A stretch of 57,262 nt of DNA from Octopus bimaculoides (taxonomy: Eukaryota): assembly GCF_001194135.2 (NCBI RefSeq), contig NC_068996.1:54525474-54582735 (forward strand), read 5' to 3'. A model generated the notes under the pieces. It searched no databases, was not told where the DNA came from, and was given only the letters and a program-made list of their open reading frames with translations. Shown one piece after another: positions 37,962 to 51,499 of the stretch (its first letter is position 1; the number at the start of each line of letters is the position of its first letter). Made by a program: the position numbers and the translations under genes.

Positions 37962-38085
37962 CTCTCTGACGAAGGCCAGAGATACACCCAAGTACCTAGA
38001 TTTTTATCTACCAAATACTTCGGTTTACTGAAGGAATATAAGTAGATTGCGATATTTTGGCCTCTTGGCTGAAACAGCTGTAAGA
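37962..38085 (+). ncRNA. Hammerhead ribozyme candidate with a long loop II
   Basis: TCT-CTGACGA-A-GGCCAGAG...CTCTTGGCT-GAAA-CAGCTGT-A/AGA; predicted cut after 38082; stem I only 3 bp. Confidence 0.5.
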
Positions 38086-38281
38086 TATTATCCTATCTTT
38101 TATGATCTACATTATATATTTTAATAATTATTGGTATTTTTATATATTGTATAATTAAAGTATATTATGCTATACATGTATGTATATTGTTTTAATGAGC
38201 TTTTTAAAAAATAGATAGACATAATATAATGTCTAAAAGTTGATGAATACCACCTCTTGATCCCCTCCATTTTCTTATTGC

Positions 38282-38338
<57 letters not shown>

Positions 38339-38748
38339 GCATTTTCTCCTGCAGTAATGGATGATGCATGAACATGATCCACCAGATGTCCATGGATACT
38401 ACAGACTGCACTGTAATCATACCAGAATACGAACTATAATCTTACGAAGCATGTAATTTGTGGAAACGGGCGTAGCGAAGCATTAAAATATCTATAAATT
38501 CCATCCAAGGATTATTATTGTTATTACTATATACATATATCTTGTGCTTTCTTTTTGTCTTCTTCCTTATCAGCATCCCTTATATAATCGTCATCTTCTT
38601 AAAAAGCAAGCAACTGACAAACGGTCTTGTTCTCAGTTGAAAATGGCGAAACCAATTAATACAGAATAGCTGCATTTAACAAGACTTGTGGTTTTTATTA
38701 TAACATTTTCTTAGCTGATTGAGAGCTATTCTACTTGTCGAAGCCTTA

Positions 38749-38826
<78 letters not shown>

Positions 38827-39693
38827 TCACACACATACGTAGGTATGTATGAATGTATGTATGCATATATGTGTGTATGTAAGTACGCACGAGTATAGGT
38901 ATGTATATTTATATTTATAATATATATGTATGTGTGTGTGTGTGTAGAGAGAGAGAGTAATATGGATGGGTATTTTAGGTATTTACTGCATATGGTTCCA
39001 TAACAATCTCATTCAGGACACTGTACATCATACATTTTAGCATAATAACATTGCGTAAGTTCAAGTTTTCATTTACTGCCGCTTCTTCAGTTAATACACC
39101 ACTGGATGTTTTTTAGATTATTTTTCACTAAGATAATGGCATAACTTAACAAAATTACTCTGAAGAAACATACGTGGTAATACCCTAAAATACTCATTCA
39201 TTTCATCCTTTATTATGAGTATAAATTACACCACGTCAAATGTAGCAATAATTCCTTTAATCCATGCTTGGCTTTGCAAGACGCTTCATAACAGTGGACT
39301 TTCTTTTCAACTCTACATATTAACCACTTATATGAATGGTTAAATTTCCTGAAATATTCAGAATAAACTGTCAAACCAAAACACGTGGTGTGCTTCGCTG
39401 GTGATTTGCCTTGATCTAATTTAATTGATCCACATTTTGTTTTTTCACTACACATTCATATACGACTGAGCTGAAGATTGACAGTATAAATACGTGAGAA
39501 TAGACAGTTAAATGATAACAGAGCCGCCATTCAAGTGATTTGTTGCCTTCTTTCTCACAAATACGAGTATTGCTCTTTCAAATTTTGTTGGATGAAAATT
39601 TTTTTGTTTGTTTCCAGCTTGCATAATCAGTCCACATAACATTCTACATTCACTGAGGTGAAGGTGGTATACATGGCCCTCATACGTAACTCT

Positions 39694-40050
39694 TTTACTC
39701 TTTTACTTGTTTCAGTCATTTGACTGCGGCCATGCTGGATCACCACCTTTAGTCGAGCAAATCGACCCCAGTACTTATTCTATCAGTCTCTTTTGCCGAA
39801 CTGCTAAGTCACGGGGATGTAAACACACCAGCATCGGTTGTCAAGCAATGTTGGGGGGGGGACACAAACACAGACACACACACATATATATATACACATA
39901 CATATATACGATGGGCTTCTTTCAGTTTCCGTCTACCAAATCCACTCACAAGGCTTTGGTCGGCGCGAAGCTATAGTAGAAGACACTTGCCCAAGGTGCC
40001 ACGCAGTGGGACTGAACCCGGAACCATGTGGTTGATAAGCAAGCTACTTA
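39694..40050 (-). mobile_element. Family-B SINE, full length
   Basis: Both halves present around a central (CA/TA)n. Confidence 0.9.
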
Positions 40051-41454
40051 CCACACAGCCACTCCTGCTTGAAATAGTCTTGAAATATAATATCAGAAAT
40101 TAACTGTAACTCTTAAGTTCCATAGAAGCAGTTTTGGGGCATATTAAACTTGGTAATTTTATTAACATATTGCAACAGCATCGTTGATTCAGTGGGTTTG
40201 TTAAAGCCTAAGACTAAAAAGAAGGTCCAGAACCCCTTTAAATGTAGTCAATACAATTCTGCTTGACAAATCAAACAATTTCACAGCAGAATAACATAAA
40301 CCTGTTTTGCACTTTTTTTCCTATTAGTTTGTTTGGATCCTTGCCAGCAAATTCATATTAAGGATATGGCTTTAAAAGAAAGCCAGGTGTTGGGGTAAAA
40401 TCATTCAGGTTATCTTGCAGCTAGCTCCCTCTGAAGTCTCCCCTCACAACAGCTGACAAGAGCAAGTAAAGGGCACATAATTCTATGAGGAAACTATTGT
40501 ATAGATGCATATAAACTATGACTAAGCACGCTAGATATAGCAACCAATTCACTCTAGAATAAAAGAAGGACACGTTGGATTACATATTCTGGAGCACACA
40601 GTTCTTTGAAAAAGGCTGTATGATCATAGTTAAAATGCTTTCAATCATAAATCTCTTTGATCAGACATCACCTGAGGCTGTGATTGGAAAATAGCAAGTT
40701 TAATAATACTACTGTAACTAAGGAAAGAAAATGCCACATTTTGGGAGTTTATAACTTTTTTTGTTTTTTTTTCATTAATAGTTTTTATTTTAAAATTATT
40801 AATTTTATTAAGAATTTCAATTTTTTTTTCTTTTATTTCTTGTGGTCTCTTTTTTGTTTCTTGAAAAATACAATATTATTATATTTTATTAGTATTTATA
40901 TATTTATTTAAATTTATTTCCCATACCAAGAGGCATTTAATAAGTATGTGGGTTAGAAGATGCATATGCACACATACAGCTGGTTCTTACAAAAAGTTAA
41001 TGCAATTTATTCCAACCACTCGGCTATGGAAAGATTCAAAGAGAACACTGAATGACACAAATACAGTGCTGAGTCTTGCTTTTTGACATTATAAAGCTAT
41101 GGCAACATTGGAATAAATGATCTAAGAATTTGTGATCTTGAGTTAAGCACATTTAGTCATTCTTCTGATATCCTTTATTAGTCATCCATTCAATGTTTTT
41201 GACTCTTACTTTCATACAGAGTATGTTGCATAGTGAAAAATCTTCAAGTCACAATCCATATCATCTCTTCAAACGCTTTTAAGTTAGTTCAGTTCCTTAG
41301 GACTTTAAGACTTTTACAAGTCAAAAAAAATTGTTCATCTTCAAAAGTTTTTAAAATGGTTTTCTGAAAATATTGCAAACTAATTAAATACGTAACTTTT
41401 CTATCACATATTCTTCTTCGTATCTTGATAAGGAACTTTCTTTTTTAATCTCTT

Positions 41455-41815
41455 CTTTTTTAGTTGTTTCAGTCATTGCACTGTGGCCATGCTGGGGCAC
41501 TGCCTTGAAGGGTTTAGTCAAACAAATCAACCCCAGTATCGATCTCTTTTGCTTCAACTACTATATTACAGGGATATAAACAAACCAACACCAGTTGTCA
41601 AGTGGTAGAAACATACACAAAACACACACACACACATACACACACATATACATACATATATGTATATATATATGGGCTTCTATCAGTTTCCTTCTACCAA
41701 ATCCACTCAGAAGGTTTTCGTTGGACTGGGGCTATAATAAAAGACACTTGCCTAAGGTGCAGTGTAAAGGGACTGAACCCAGAACCATGTGGTTGGAAAG
41801 TTAACCTCTTACCAA
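41455..41815 (-). mobile_element. Family-B SINE
   Basis: Both halves present, diverged. Confidence 0.85.
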
Positions 41816-41916
41816 ACAGCCCTCCCTGCACCTGTCAAACAAATTTCGAAAGATATAACAAAAATGACAATTAAACACACACCTATACACAACTTTGTTA
41901 CAATATTATGTGTTTT

Positions 41917-42081
41917 TTTATTTCTGTTGTATTATTAATATTATGTTATAAAACAATTGTATAAACTTCATTGTGGCATTCAAACTCATTTTACAAAAAA
42001 ATATTGATGTAACAATACATCATATTTGATGATAGAAACTGTTTTCCTTTGTAGCAGCAGCTAATATTGTATGAATTTATT
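41917..42081 (-). promoter_or_regulatory. Candidate polyadenylation signals for the HHAT-like gene
   Basis: AATAAA on the minus strand at 42081-42076 and 41922-41917 in the AT-rich region downstream of the stop. Which one is used cannot be told from sequence. Confidence 0.3.
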
Positions 42082-42430
42082 TACAATTATCCTAGAATAA
42101 ATAAATAATGGTTTCTAATTTAGACAAAGGTCAACAATTTTGAGGGAAGGAATTTTGTCAATTACAATGATCCCAGTTTTTGATTTGTATTTCATTTAAT
42201 GGAGGGATATAAGGCAAAATTGATATTGGTGGGATTTGAAATCAGAATATAAAGAACTGCAACAATTACCACAAGGCATTTTTTTCCAATGTTCTAATGA
42301 TTTTGGTAGCTCACTACCTTACAACAATAAATTAACGATGAATTCACCTATTTCTGTTGTTTTTCTAAAAATTGTTTTCCCTTTTCTCAAGGTTCTTTTA
42401 TAGAAATAAATATTTTCCAGGTATTTCAAA

Positions 42431-42594
42431 TCAGTTCTTCTCTTTGACACTTGGTAATTCTTTAGAATGGGATTCATACAAAGTAATTTTAGGGTTTACT
42501 TTCTCTCTGAAGAACTCATATCGCCTTGCTTCCATTCCAACTTGAATTGAGGCATATAAACAAACCATCATGAAGACAATGGTGTAGATTTCAG
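42431..42594 (-). CDS. HHAT: HHAT-like MBOAT, terminal coding exon
   Basis: Acceptor ttttgtag|CT in phase 1, matching the preceding exon. Encodes (A)EIYTIVFMMVCLYASIQVGMEARRYEFFREKVNPKITLYESHSKELPSVKEKN* with TGA at 42433-42431. The hydrophobic part resembles the last HHAT helix (LGFLYCYSHVG). Confidence 0.8.
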
Positions 42595-43281
42595 CTACAA
42601 AAGTAACAAAAATAAATATATATATAAATAAAACAAATTTTAAGAATAGTTTACATTAAAATATATAAACATAAGTAAAAAAAAATAAAAGTAACTGAAT
42701 TCTTCATTAGTTTTCATAATGAATATAACTGTTGTACAATCAACTGAAAAATGCCCTGACTGAATTATATCTAAGTGACTGAGGCATAGCTGACAAAGTA
42801 AAGTATCACCATCTCTTCCCTATCGCTACTAATGAAGCCAACATGTTTCCCGTCTTTTGAGTGATCTTACCCGTCTTTTTGCAAGACAAGAATTGTTGGG
42901 AAGTCATCTCTGCAGACTCAGTGAGACATCTAATAGGCTGACTGAAACCAAGACATTAGGACCTCTGCTGCTATAAACAAAATCAGTTCACTGCAGGGAA
43001 ATCATAAACTGCTCAGATATAACTGATATTTTCTGCAGGTGACTATGAGTCTTAGAAGCTTCAGGTTTCTGTGAAACATTTTCTGGAGATCCATGAGGCA
43101 AAAAACTGTTTTATGAAATATAATACAAATTTATTTCATAAAACAAATTTTATTCAACATTTTCAAAATAATATTTTTTTTACAAATAAATTCTTTCTTC
43201 TTTCTCTGAAACACTTTTTGTTTCATTTAACTCTTTTTTTTTTTTCTTTTACTTCTTTCAGTCATATGACTGTGGCCATGC

Positions 43282-43331
43282 TGGAGGAGGAGGAGGAGGA
43301 GGAGGAGGAGGAGGAGGAGGAGGAGGAGGAG
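43282..43331. repeat. (GGA)n microsatellite in the last HHAT intron
   Basis: Perfect run about 26 bp from the donor site, adjoining a SINE-B tail remnant. Confidence 0.95.
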
Positions 43332-43357
43332 TGGTGGTAGGTTATAATGGGTATTAC

Positions 43358-43502
43358 CTTTCAGAATGAGCCTGTTAAGGAATATATCACCAACCGTTGT
43401 GCCATTCATGAAGTAGAAAATAGCAACACATGATGCCAACAATGTGGGAAGAGCCAAAATGGCATGTAATCGTCGTACAATGCAAGGTGAGAAATCATTT
43501 AC
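43358..43502 (-). CDS. HHAT: HHAT-like MBOAT, penultimate coding exon
   Basis: Acceptor ttttgcag|GTA and donor AAAG|gtaata; 145 bp. Phase 0 start matches the preceding exon. Encodes VNDFSPCIVRRLHAILALPTLLASCVAIFYFMNGTTVGDIFLNRLILK, similar to HHAT FSPQARRRFHAALAS...GGNEVGKTYWNRIFIQ. Confidence 0.88.
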
Positions 43503-43769
43503 CTGCAAAAGATAATGGGAAAGATAACACAACATTAGTCTACTAAAATATGATAAAAATATAAATGAATGCTTCAGTGAAAAAACATCAACAAAACTTT
43601 ATTAGTGTTTTTGTAGGATTTTCTATATAAGGGTGATTTTGTAAGTAGGTAGGTAGGTTTGACTTGAATGCCAACCTACCAATAAAAGCAGGAGCACCCA
43701 GGCTGGCGTCTGCTGGGATTCACAAATGTGGTATTGCATGGAGCAGAGATGTGTTTTATCTTTTACCTA

Positions 43770-44215
43770 TTTATTTCAGTCATTGGAATGCAGCCATGCT
43801 GGAGCACTACCTAGCAGGCTTTTAATTGAAGAAATTGATCCCAGGACTTTTTTTAAAATATGGTACTTAGTCTGTCAGTCTCTTTTGCTAAACCACTAAG
43901 TTATGGGGATGTAAACACACCAACATCAGTTGTCAAGTGATGATGAGACACACATGTATGTATGTATATATATATATATATATATATATACATACATACA
44001 TACATACATACATACATACATACATACATACATAATATATATATATGTATGTATGTATGTATATATGATGGGCTTCTTTCAGTTTCCATCTACCAAATCC
44101 AGTTACAAGGCTTTAGCTGACCTGAGGTTGAAGTAGAAAAACATTCACCCAAGATGCCAAGCAGTGAGACAGAACTTGGAACCATGTGGTTGGGAAGCTA
44201 ACCTGTGACCACACA
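43770..44215 (-). mobile_element. Family-B SINE (HHAT intron)
   Basis: Both halves around (TA)/(TACA)n. Confidence 0.85.
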
Positions 44216-45399
44216 ATTACATCTGTGCTGTGTTCAAAATTTTAAAAGGTTGTAGTATAAAATGTATTAATTACTCACTCACAATTATCTTTCAATTGAC
44301 AGATGAAACTAGGAAAACAAGTTTGCTGTTAGTTAATAAAATCAATTTATTGAGTAGACAGACTGTTCAAAAGCCTGAGGTTTGTGGTAAACTTCATTTA
44401 AATAAAAAACAGTTCTTTGTAGTGAACCAGTTAGAAACCATGGAAGAAAAGGTTAAATAATTCATGTATTGTGTGGTAGTGCATCATAGTCCTGGTGAAG
44501 TCATTTAACTTTCAATGACTTGGTCTTCATATTGTGAATGCTTGTGGTGTTATGGTTAGGGTGTTAGACTAATGATCACAAGCTTGTGAACTCAATTCCT
44601 CAACTAGGTGCTCTGCTGTGTCCTCAAACAAAGCACTTCATTTCATATTGTCTCAGTCTACTCAGCCGTAAATGAAGCCCCAGCCAAGTGCTGGTGTATC
44701 CTTCTCTCCCTCCATCTGTCATATCCTAGATGTTCTCCAGGTCAAGAATTTACAGGCTGAAAGAATGTCTGTATCTACTCACAGCTACATAAGCAAAACA
44801 ATTAATGAAAGCATGATACATCTTCCAATCCATATTCATTTACAAGTGATGGCCATAATAAATGCTACAGATTATCACTGGAAAATGCCAAGGTACATTT
44901 ATAGCACTTCAAGTCAGCAAAATGGTCAGTGTTCTGCTTGATTCTTCTACAACTATCACGAGTAGTTCTAATGGACAAAGCCACACCCATAAACTAATCC
45001 TTTCACCTCCCTCGCACAATCAAAATTAATCATCCTAAATCTGCTGAGTGGTTCACATACAGCTGCATTGCAGTTCTAAGGGCTAAAAGTATCACCAGGA
45101 ATCATTCTTCCTTCTAAATTGTGTTTGCACACGCATACACACACACTTGCAACAAATGCACAAAAGACAATGTGCACACAAGAAATTACCTTATACAGAA
45201 AATGTTAGTTAACTGTATCATCATTCATTCATCATTTTGTGTTTGGTTTCCTTGCTACCTAGGACTGAATGGATTTCCAAAGTCTGAGTTATTTCTCCAC
45301 AGTTACACTCCCCTAAACAGATTTGGTAATTGTATCTCATTCATACCACCATTACTTATATATTCAATACACACATAATTTTGTCACAGGAGAAACTTT

Positions 45400-46900
45400 G
45401 AACAACTAAATCTTAGAGGAGACTTTGCCTATGATGCCTGGCAAAGGAATCGTCCACCTCCTAGAGAGTTGTTTTTAACACAACTCATGCAAGACATATC
45501 CATGAAAGCCAAAAGACACCTACATGCACCTGTAAACCGTTTTGTCTCCTAAATTGCAATCAGTCCAGGTTACTTGCCCAAAACTACTCCATCAACTTTA
45601 TAGAACCCTTCTACCTACCAATTCCCAGCAATGTAAGCAATTCTCCAACTGAAAAAGATTCCACATTTTGCCGTGTAATTTACAATCCCACCTTGCACAC
45701 ACTCAGCAAAACTGAGGCAAAACCATTTTCCATTCCACGAGTCATGCTACTGTGAACACAACAAGTGCAAAGTCACATCCAATCACTATAAAATCATGAA
45801 AGTCATTGCACCTGACCTTGTCCATTCCATTACAGTGAAACAGTACTACTCAAAACTAATGATTATTTTTGGTGAATTCTTCAATCATTTTCTCACTACA
45901 AGAATTTATTAAGACCTTTGAAAACATACAACCAGTGTCTCCCATACCAAAAAGAGTAACTTTACTCTTTTTTTACCCTACATCAGTCACTCTTTCTTTT
46001 ATCATCTCAAATATAATGGAAATGGCTAACAATCATCTCCTCCTTGTTTTGACTCACTCTCATTACTTAAGAACCAACAGTATGGCTTCCATACAGCCAG
46101 ATCTATAGGAGACCTGCTCCCTATGTCACTATCCAATGATTTCCCCACCCTTATGAAAATCAATGAAAATCAAGACAAAAATGTATTTGACTGAGTCTGG
46201 CCTGAATATCTCCTGTTTAAATGTTCTGCCTAGAATCTTATACACACCAATTCCACCCTAATGTCCTTTAGATATCTTCATGTCAAACTTCAACAGATAC
46301 TTAGAATCATCAATAGATACTTTGTAAACATTTTAATTGGAATATGAGAATCTCTTTTGATAGCACAAAGACTGACAACCACTGACCATATCAAGGGAAC
46401 AGTTTTGTACCCCTACCTTATTTAGTTTGGAATTACATGCAATTAAAACCCTTCCAAGTCACTATAAATGTTTGAATTTACAATCTCATTCATAACATAG
46501 CGAACACTGTCACTCTGTGAGTAGTGGTGTTGTGCTAGCTGCATAACACCTCTACTCAAGCTTGTTGAACACATCCCCTGCCTCTCCTAATTACTTTTGA
46601 TGTATCTCACAATCCATGTTATTTACTATAGCCAATCTCACCATGCCTCCCATGCCAGTATATCAAATTTCTGGATATCCCTTCTGACCACATTTTTCCA
46701 AAAGCCGGTGGTTTACAATTATTCAAGCTGAACACCCACAACATTCTGATCAGTCACAGAAGGCCATGTACACACTCCTTTCACCTAGGCTAGTTTCAGA
46801 CTTCACCATCATTTTGCATCTGTATTCCCATGCTTGCATAGGTTGGTCAAGTCATCACAGCTATTTTTAGTATAGCTTCCATGACTGGATGCTTTTTTTT
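45400..46900 (-). mobile_element. Highly decayed RTE-like LINE
   Basis: Purine-rich minus strand with scattered RTE-like segments such as GELLTLLG..KGSIK; boundaries approximate. Confidence 0.4.
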
Positions 46901-47332
46901 TATCAGCAACCACTCCCATAATGTACTGAGAGCATTTTATTGTGGTACCAGCACTAGAGACATTTGTCTTACCACAACAACACTAAAGAGTCTTCTCTAC
47001 CTTATGATGTCTATGTATCACTTCATCAGAGAGAGATTATCCCATCCTAAGCAAGACTCAAGTAGAGTTCCCTCTTGCCTACAGTCACTTCATTTCTTTA
47101 TTCTCTTGTTTCCCACATAATTGTGTGTGTGTGTGGAAACGGAACATTTTCTACCACATGTTACTTGTACCGTCATGCATTGCTATCTCTCATCACACAG
47201 ACAGTGTAACGAGGGAATGAGGGCGTGTCAGAAGAGAACGTGAGTGACAGGAGCAAGAAGTGATAGAAAGCAAAGTAACTAAATAGATCAGAAAGTGATG
47301 GGGAAGTACCACAGTGAAAGAGAGAGAGATTA

Positions 47333-47363
<31 letters not shown>

Positions 47364-48129
47364 TGGAAAAGATCCCAAATGAAAGAAGAAAGAGAGGAGA
47401 GAAGTAGACAGAAAAAAAAAAGAATAATGAGAGGGAGAGAGAGAGAGTAAAAGGAGAATGCCAGGATGAAAGAGGCCAGAGAGGAGGATAGAAGATAGCA
47501 AAGAAGTAAGAGAGACTGATAGAAGGGAGGCTGGATAATGAAAGGGAATGAATAATAATAATAATAATAATAATAATTGACAAGTCTTTCACTGGTATGT
47601 GGAGGTGGTGGGGGTCTATTGCAAGGGAGATAGGTACTATACATACACTTCTCCTTTGAACTATGAAAATTAATCTATGTCGGTATGGGTTGGATACCTC
47701 AGCAAATATTTACATGGTGTTAACAGTTGTTAAATATTTACATGGTGTTGGCAACGGTAATGATTTGAATGACAATGATAATTATATTGCAAAACCACTG
47801 ATACTTGCAAATCTAAAAACATAATCAGGGTAACTGGCTGGTTATACACAGTCTTAAAAATATGTTGGATCAAGCTTGTTACAAATGTTATAAGAAAAAG
47901 ATTTTAAAATTCTTTCTAAAATCTAAGAAGGTCTAGATATTTCTAATGAGTGCTTTCCATATTTTGGGAACATAAGATCTGCTATAACATGGTACTGGAT
48001 AGAACTTGAAATAGTCCAAATAATTAAAAGAGCAAAGGTAAAGAAATTGGTTCTTTACTTCAAGAAGACAATACTTTCCATCTGTAACCAATGTATTCCT
48101 TATGAAGGAAATCTTAACAAGGGAGAACT

Positions 48130-48600
48130 GTATGGGAGTGAGACATGGTGTCTGAGGAGGAGAGAGAGATGGTAATTTTGAGGAGGACCGAGAGAGAGAA
48201 ATGGTGAGAGAAATGTGTGGAGTGAAGCTGTTTGATAAGAGGAGGACTGAGGACTTGATGGGGATGCTGGGGTTGGAGGAATCGGTGGAACGGTTGGCAA
48301 GGGTGAATGGAGTGCAGTGGTATAGGGCATGTGTTGAGGAGGGGTGAGGAACATGTTCTGAAGTGGGGGATAGAGTTTGAGGTAAATGGACAGCGAAAGT
48401 GAGGTAGACCGAGGAAAATGTGGAGAGGGGACTGGTGGAAGAGGAGATTGGGAGGGTTGGCTTGAGAAAGGAGGATGGCCAAAACTGGGCAAGGTAGTAA
48501 GATGGTGGGAGGATGGTTGCTATGGCATTGAGGTAGATCTGGCCACCCCTATTAATGGGGACAAAACCCACATTCAAAATGATGGATGATGATGATGAAC
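48130..48600 (+). mobile_element. RTE LINE 3' end
   Basis: LYGSETW, ILRRTEREMVREMCGVKL, QWY.HVLRR, GQRK.GRPRKMW; (GAT)n tail. Confidence 0.85.
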
Positions 48601-48649
48601 ACAAACACAATGTAGTTTGGTATATTCTTTGTTAATATTTCTTGAAGAA

Positions 48650-49080
48650 TTAAGGCAATGAGCTGGCAGAACTGTTAGGATGCTTGAAAAATCCTTAGCA
48701 GCATTTTGTCTATCTCTGCTTTCTCGGTTCAAATTCTGCAGAGGTCAACTCTGTCTTTCATCCTTTCAGAAGTAATAAAATGACCCCAGTTTAGCACTGG
48801 GAGTCTATGTAATCAACTTATCCCCTTCCCCAAAAATTGTTAGTCTCATGCCAAAATTTGGAATCAATATTTGCTTGCAGAAACATCAGCATGCCAGGGC
48901 CAAATGCTAAGTGGCATTTCATGAGTCTTTACATTCTGAGTTCAAATTCCACTGAGGTCAACCTTGCATTTCACTCTTCTGAAGGTTGATAAACTAAGTA
49001 ACCATTCTGCCCTGATCTGTGTAATTGACTCACCCCTTCCCTGAAATTGCTAGCTTAGTGCCAAAATTTAAACCAGTGTT
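48650..49080 (+). mobile_element. Two tandem family-A SINEs
   Basis: Head near 48652 and a second copy near 48885, each with the core and a CCAAAATTT...AATC 3' end. Confidence 0.8.
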
Positions 49081-49220
49081 TGTTGAGGAATACTAAAAAG
49101 AAAATTTACAATAATTTTGTAATTATATCATTAATTCTTGTATATTATATAGTCTAGTGTCTGTTTGTGTGTTTCTTTTGTAAAATGGTTCAATGTACTG
49201 CAAAAATGTTTAGATTAATG

Positions 49221-49738
49221 CAGGGGTTGGGGGACTTTTTTAATTGATTAACCCAAAATATATTTATTTATGCCCCACCCCGTCCTTGATATGAAAGGAA
49301 GAAAATCATAGATTCTTTGAATTCAAAAGATTTATTGAATCTATTTATACGGCAAATTATAAATATAAAAAGTATAAAACAACTGCAATAAAATTATTTG
49401 ATATTGTCATTATGAAACAAAAGGAATTTTTTAGAAACTTTCTTTAGATTTTGGAGAAATGATGTTTTCATTTTTGTTTCATCAAAATTGGGACATTTTG
49501 ATGCCAGTCTTTGAGGTTCAGTTAGTTACTCTGCTTTGTTTTTATGTTACTAAGGTAGGTTGTTGCAAAATTCAGCAATTTTTTAACTGCCTCCTCCTGC
49601 CAGAAAAAAATTTCTTTTATAACAAGGAACATGTTTTTTTTTTATATAATTTTACTTATATCTAATGAGTCCTCGTTACCCCCATGAATTTCATTTTTAC
49701 CTCACTTGGGGTAATTTACTCCAGTTCACCGACCCCTG
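49221..49738. mobile_element. hAT MITE
   Basis: TIRs CAGGGGTTGGGGAC / TTCACCGACCCCTG; 8-bp TSD GATTAATG / AATTAATG. Confidence 0.75.
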
Positions 49739-49839
49739 AATTAATGTAATCTTAAACATAAGCTATGTTGCCAAAAATAACTTCCAGTGCATATCTAATC
49801 CTTGGAACCCTGCAAACTGAAGAATGTTGTTGCTTATAG

Positions 49840-50043
49840 GTATGGCTGTCATAAATGGTTGTTTCCTGGAATCATATGGTTCCAGGTTCAGTCTCACTGT
49901 GTGACACCTTGAGAAAGTGTCTTCTAGTACAGCCTTGAGCTAACCAAAGTCTTGTGAATAGATTTGGTAGACAGAAACTGAAAGAAGCCCATCGTATATA
50001 TGTGTGTAAAGTGTGTGTGCATGCATGTGTGTGTGTGTGTGTG

Positions 50044-50088
<45 letters not shown>

Positions 50089-50250
50089 ATATTTGTGTCA
50101 GTATTTGTCCCCCACCACTGCTTAACAACTGGTGTAGGTGTGATTACATCCACATAACTTAGCAGTTTGGCAAAAGAAACTGATAGAATAAGTATCAAAC
50201 TTTATAAAAAGTTCTGGGGTCGATTTATTCAATTAAAATTCTTCAATGAC
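49840..50250 (+). mobile_element. Family-B SINE (HHAT intron)
   Basis: tRNA head, (GT)n centre, 3' half. Confidence 0.85.
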
Positions 50251-51499
50251 TGAAATAAGTGAAAAAGGAATGGACAAAAGTAAGAATGAAGAATGGTGAA
50301 AAAAAAAGACAATAAGAATTACAAAACTGATATAAAGAGAGAGAGATAAAATAGACAGCATGAAAGAGAAATGGAAGAATGGTAGAGCCAAAAAAAAGAC
50401 TGAAAATAAAAAATGGAGAGTTTGAAATAAAATTAAGAAAATAAAAGTTTGTGATAAAGAGAGAAATGCTTGAAATAATGAGAGTAAAGAAAGAGAATGA
50501 ATAGCATTCATTGGTTGTTATAAAACCATATGTAAATATATGTCTGTGTGTGTTCATTACATAAGTGTGTGTGTGTATTCTTTATATATATACATTCTTT
50601 GTATATATATATATATATAATTCCTGTCACATTTAAATCATAACACTATTTAAATTTTCTGTCAGTATCATTTGAGTTGAAAGAACATTCACATGTCTTG
50701 TTTATTCTTCATCTATGTATTGTTTATTTTATCATCTTCGTCTCTAATAATTATACTTGATGGCTTTGAATGATAGCTTTCAAACTACTGTCAAACACTA
50801 TGATCCTGTCAGTAGGTGTTCTGAAGAGAGTATTTTTCTTCTCTTATTTTTTCATCCTTCTCTCTAATGTCTAAGCTGTTATTGTTTGTTGTTATTTTTT
50901 CTTTTCTTTTTCTTTCTCACCTTTCCATGTAAACTCTTAAACGACATTCCAATGTTTCTTCTTTTCAATCTGTCTCTAAAAAGGTTTTCTTTCTTTTCTT
51001 TTCTTTTCTTTTTTTGTTTATTCTGATCAGTAAATTTTATGATTTCATGTCTGGTGACATTTTGTTTTGTTTTTTGGGGGGGTTTTTGTACTTCCTAAAG
51101 CACAATTTTGTATGTATTTTGCAGAATTAACAAATGCAGTTTCCTTTTCCTTTCACAATAATTATTTGATTTACTCATCATGCTATTTACAACCAATCCA
51201 CCTCCCCTCCTCTCTTTCTCCCTTCTCTCTTTCCCTTTCCTCTCTTTCTGTCTTCTCCCTTCCCCCTCCTCTCTCTCTTTATCTCTTTCTCTCAACCCTC
51301 CATTTTCTGCTTTCTCTCTTTCAAATACAGAAAATAGTTATCAGTTTACCTAAACACTACTGGAACCCTGCTCTCTTCTTGTCCAGTTCATTACTTTAGA
51401 GCTATTATCATTAACATCAGCATGGTGAAAGTTATCTCTGAATGTGCCCAAAACTTGGGGCTGACAGACGGACAGAAGGACCACTTTTATGAGGTTTTC

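Noticed and set aside
42431-42445. C-terminal KEKN as an ER-retrieval dilysine signal
   Set aside because: The lysines are at -4 and -2, not the canonical -3/-4 or -3/-5.
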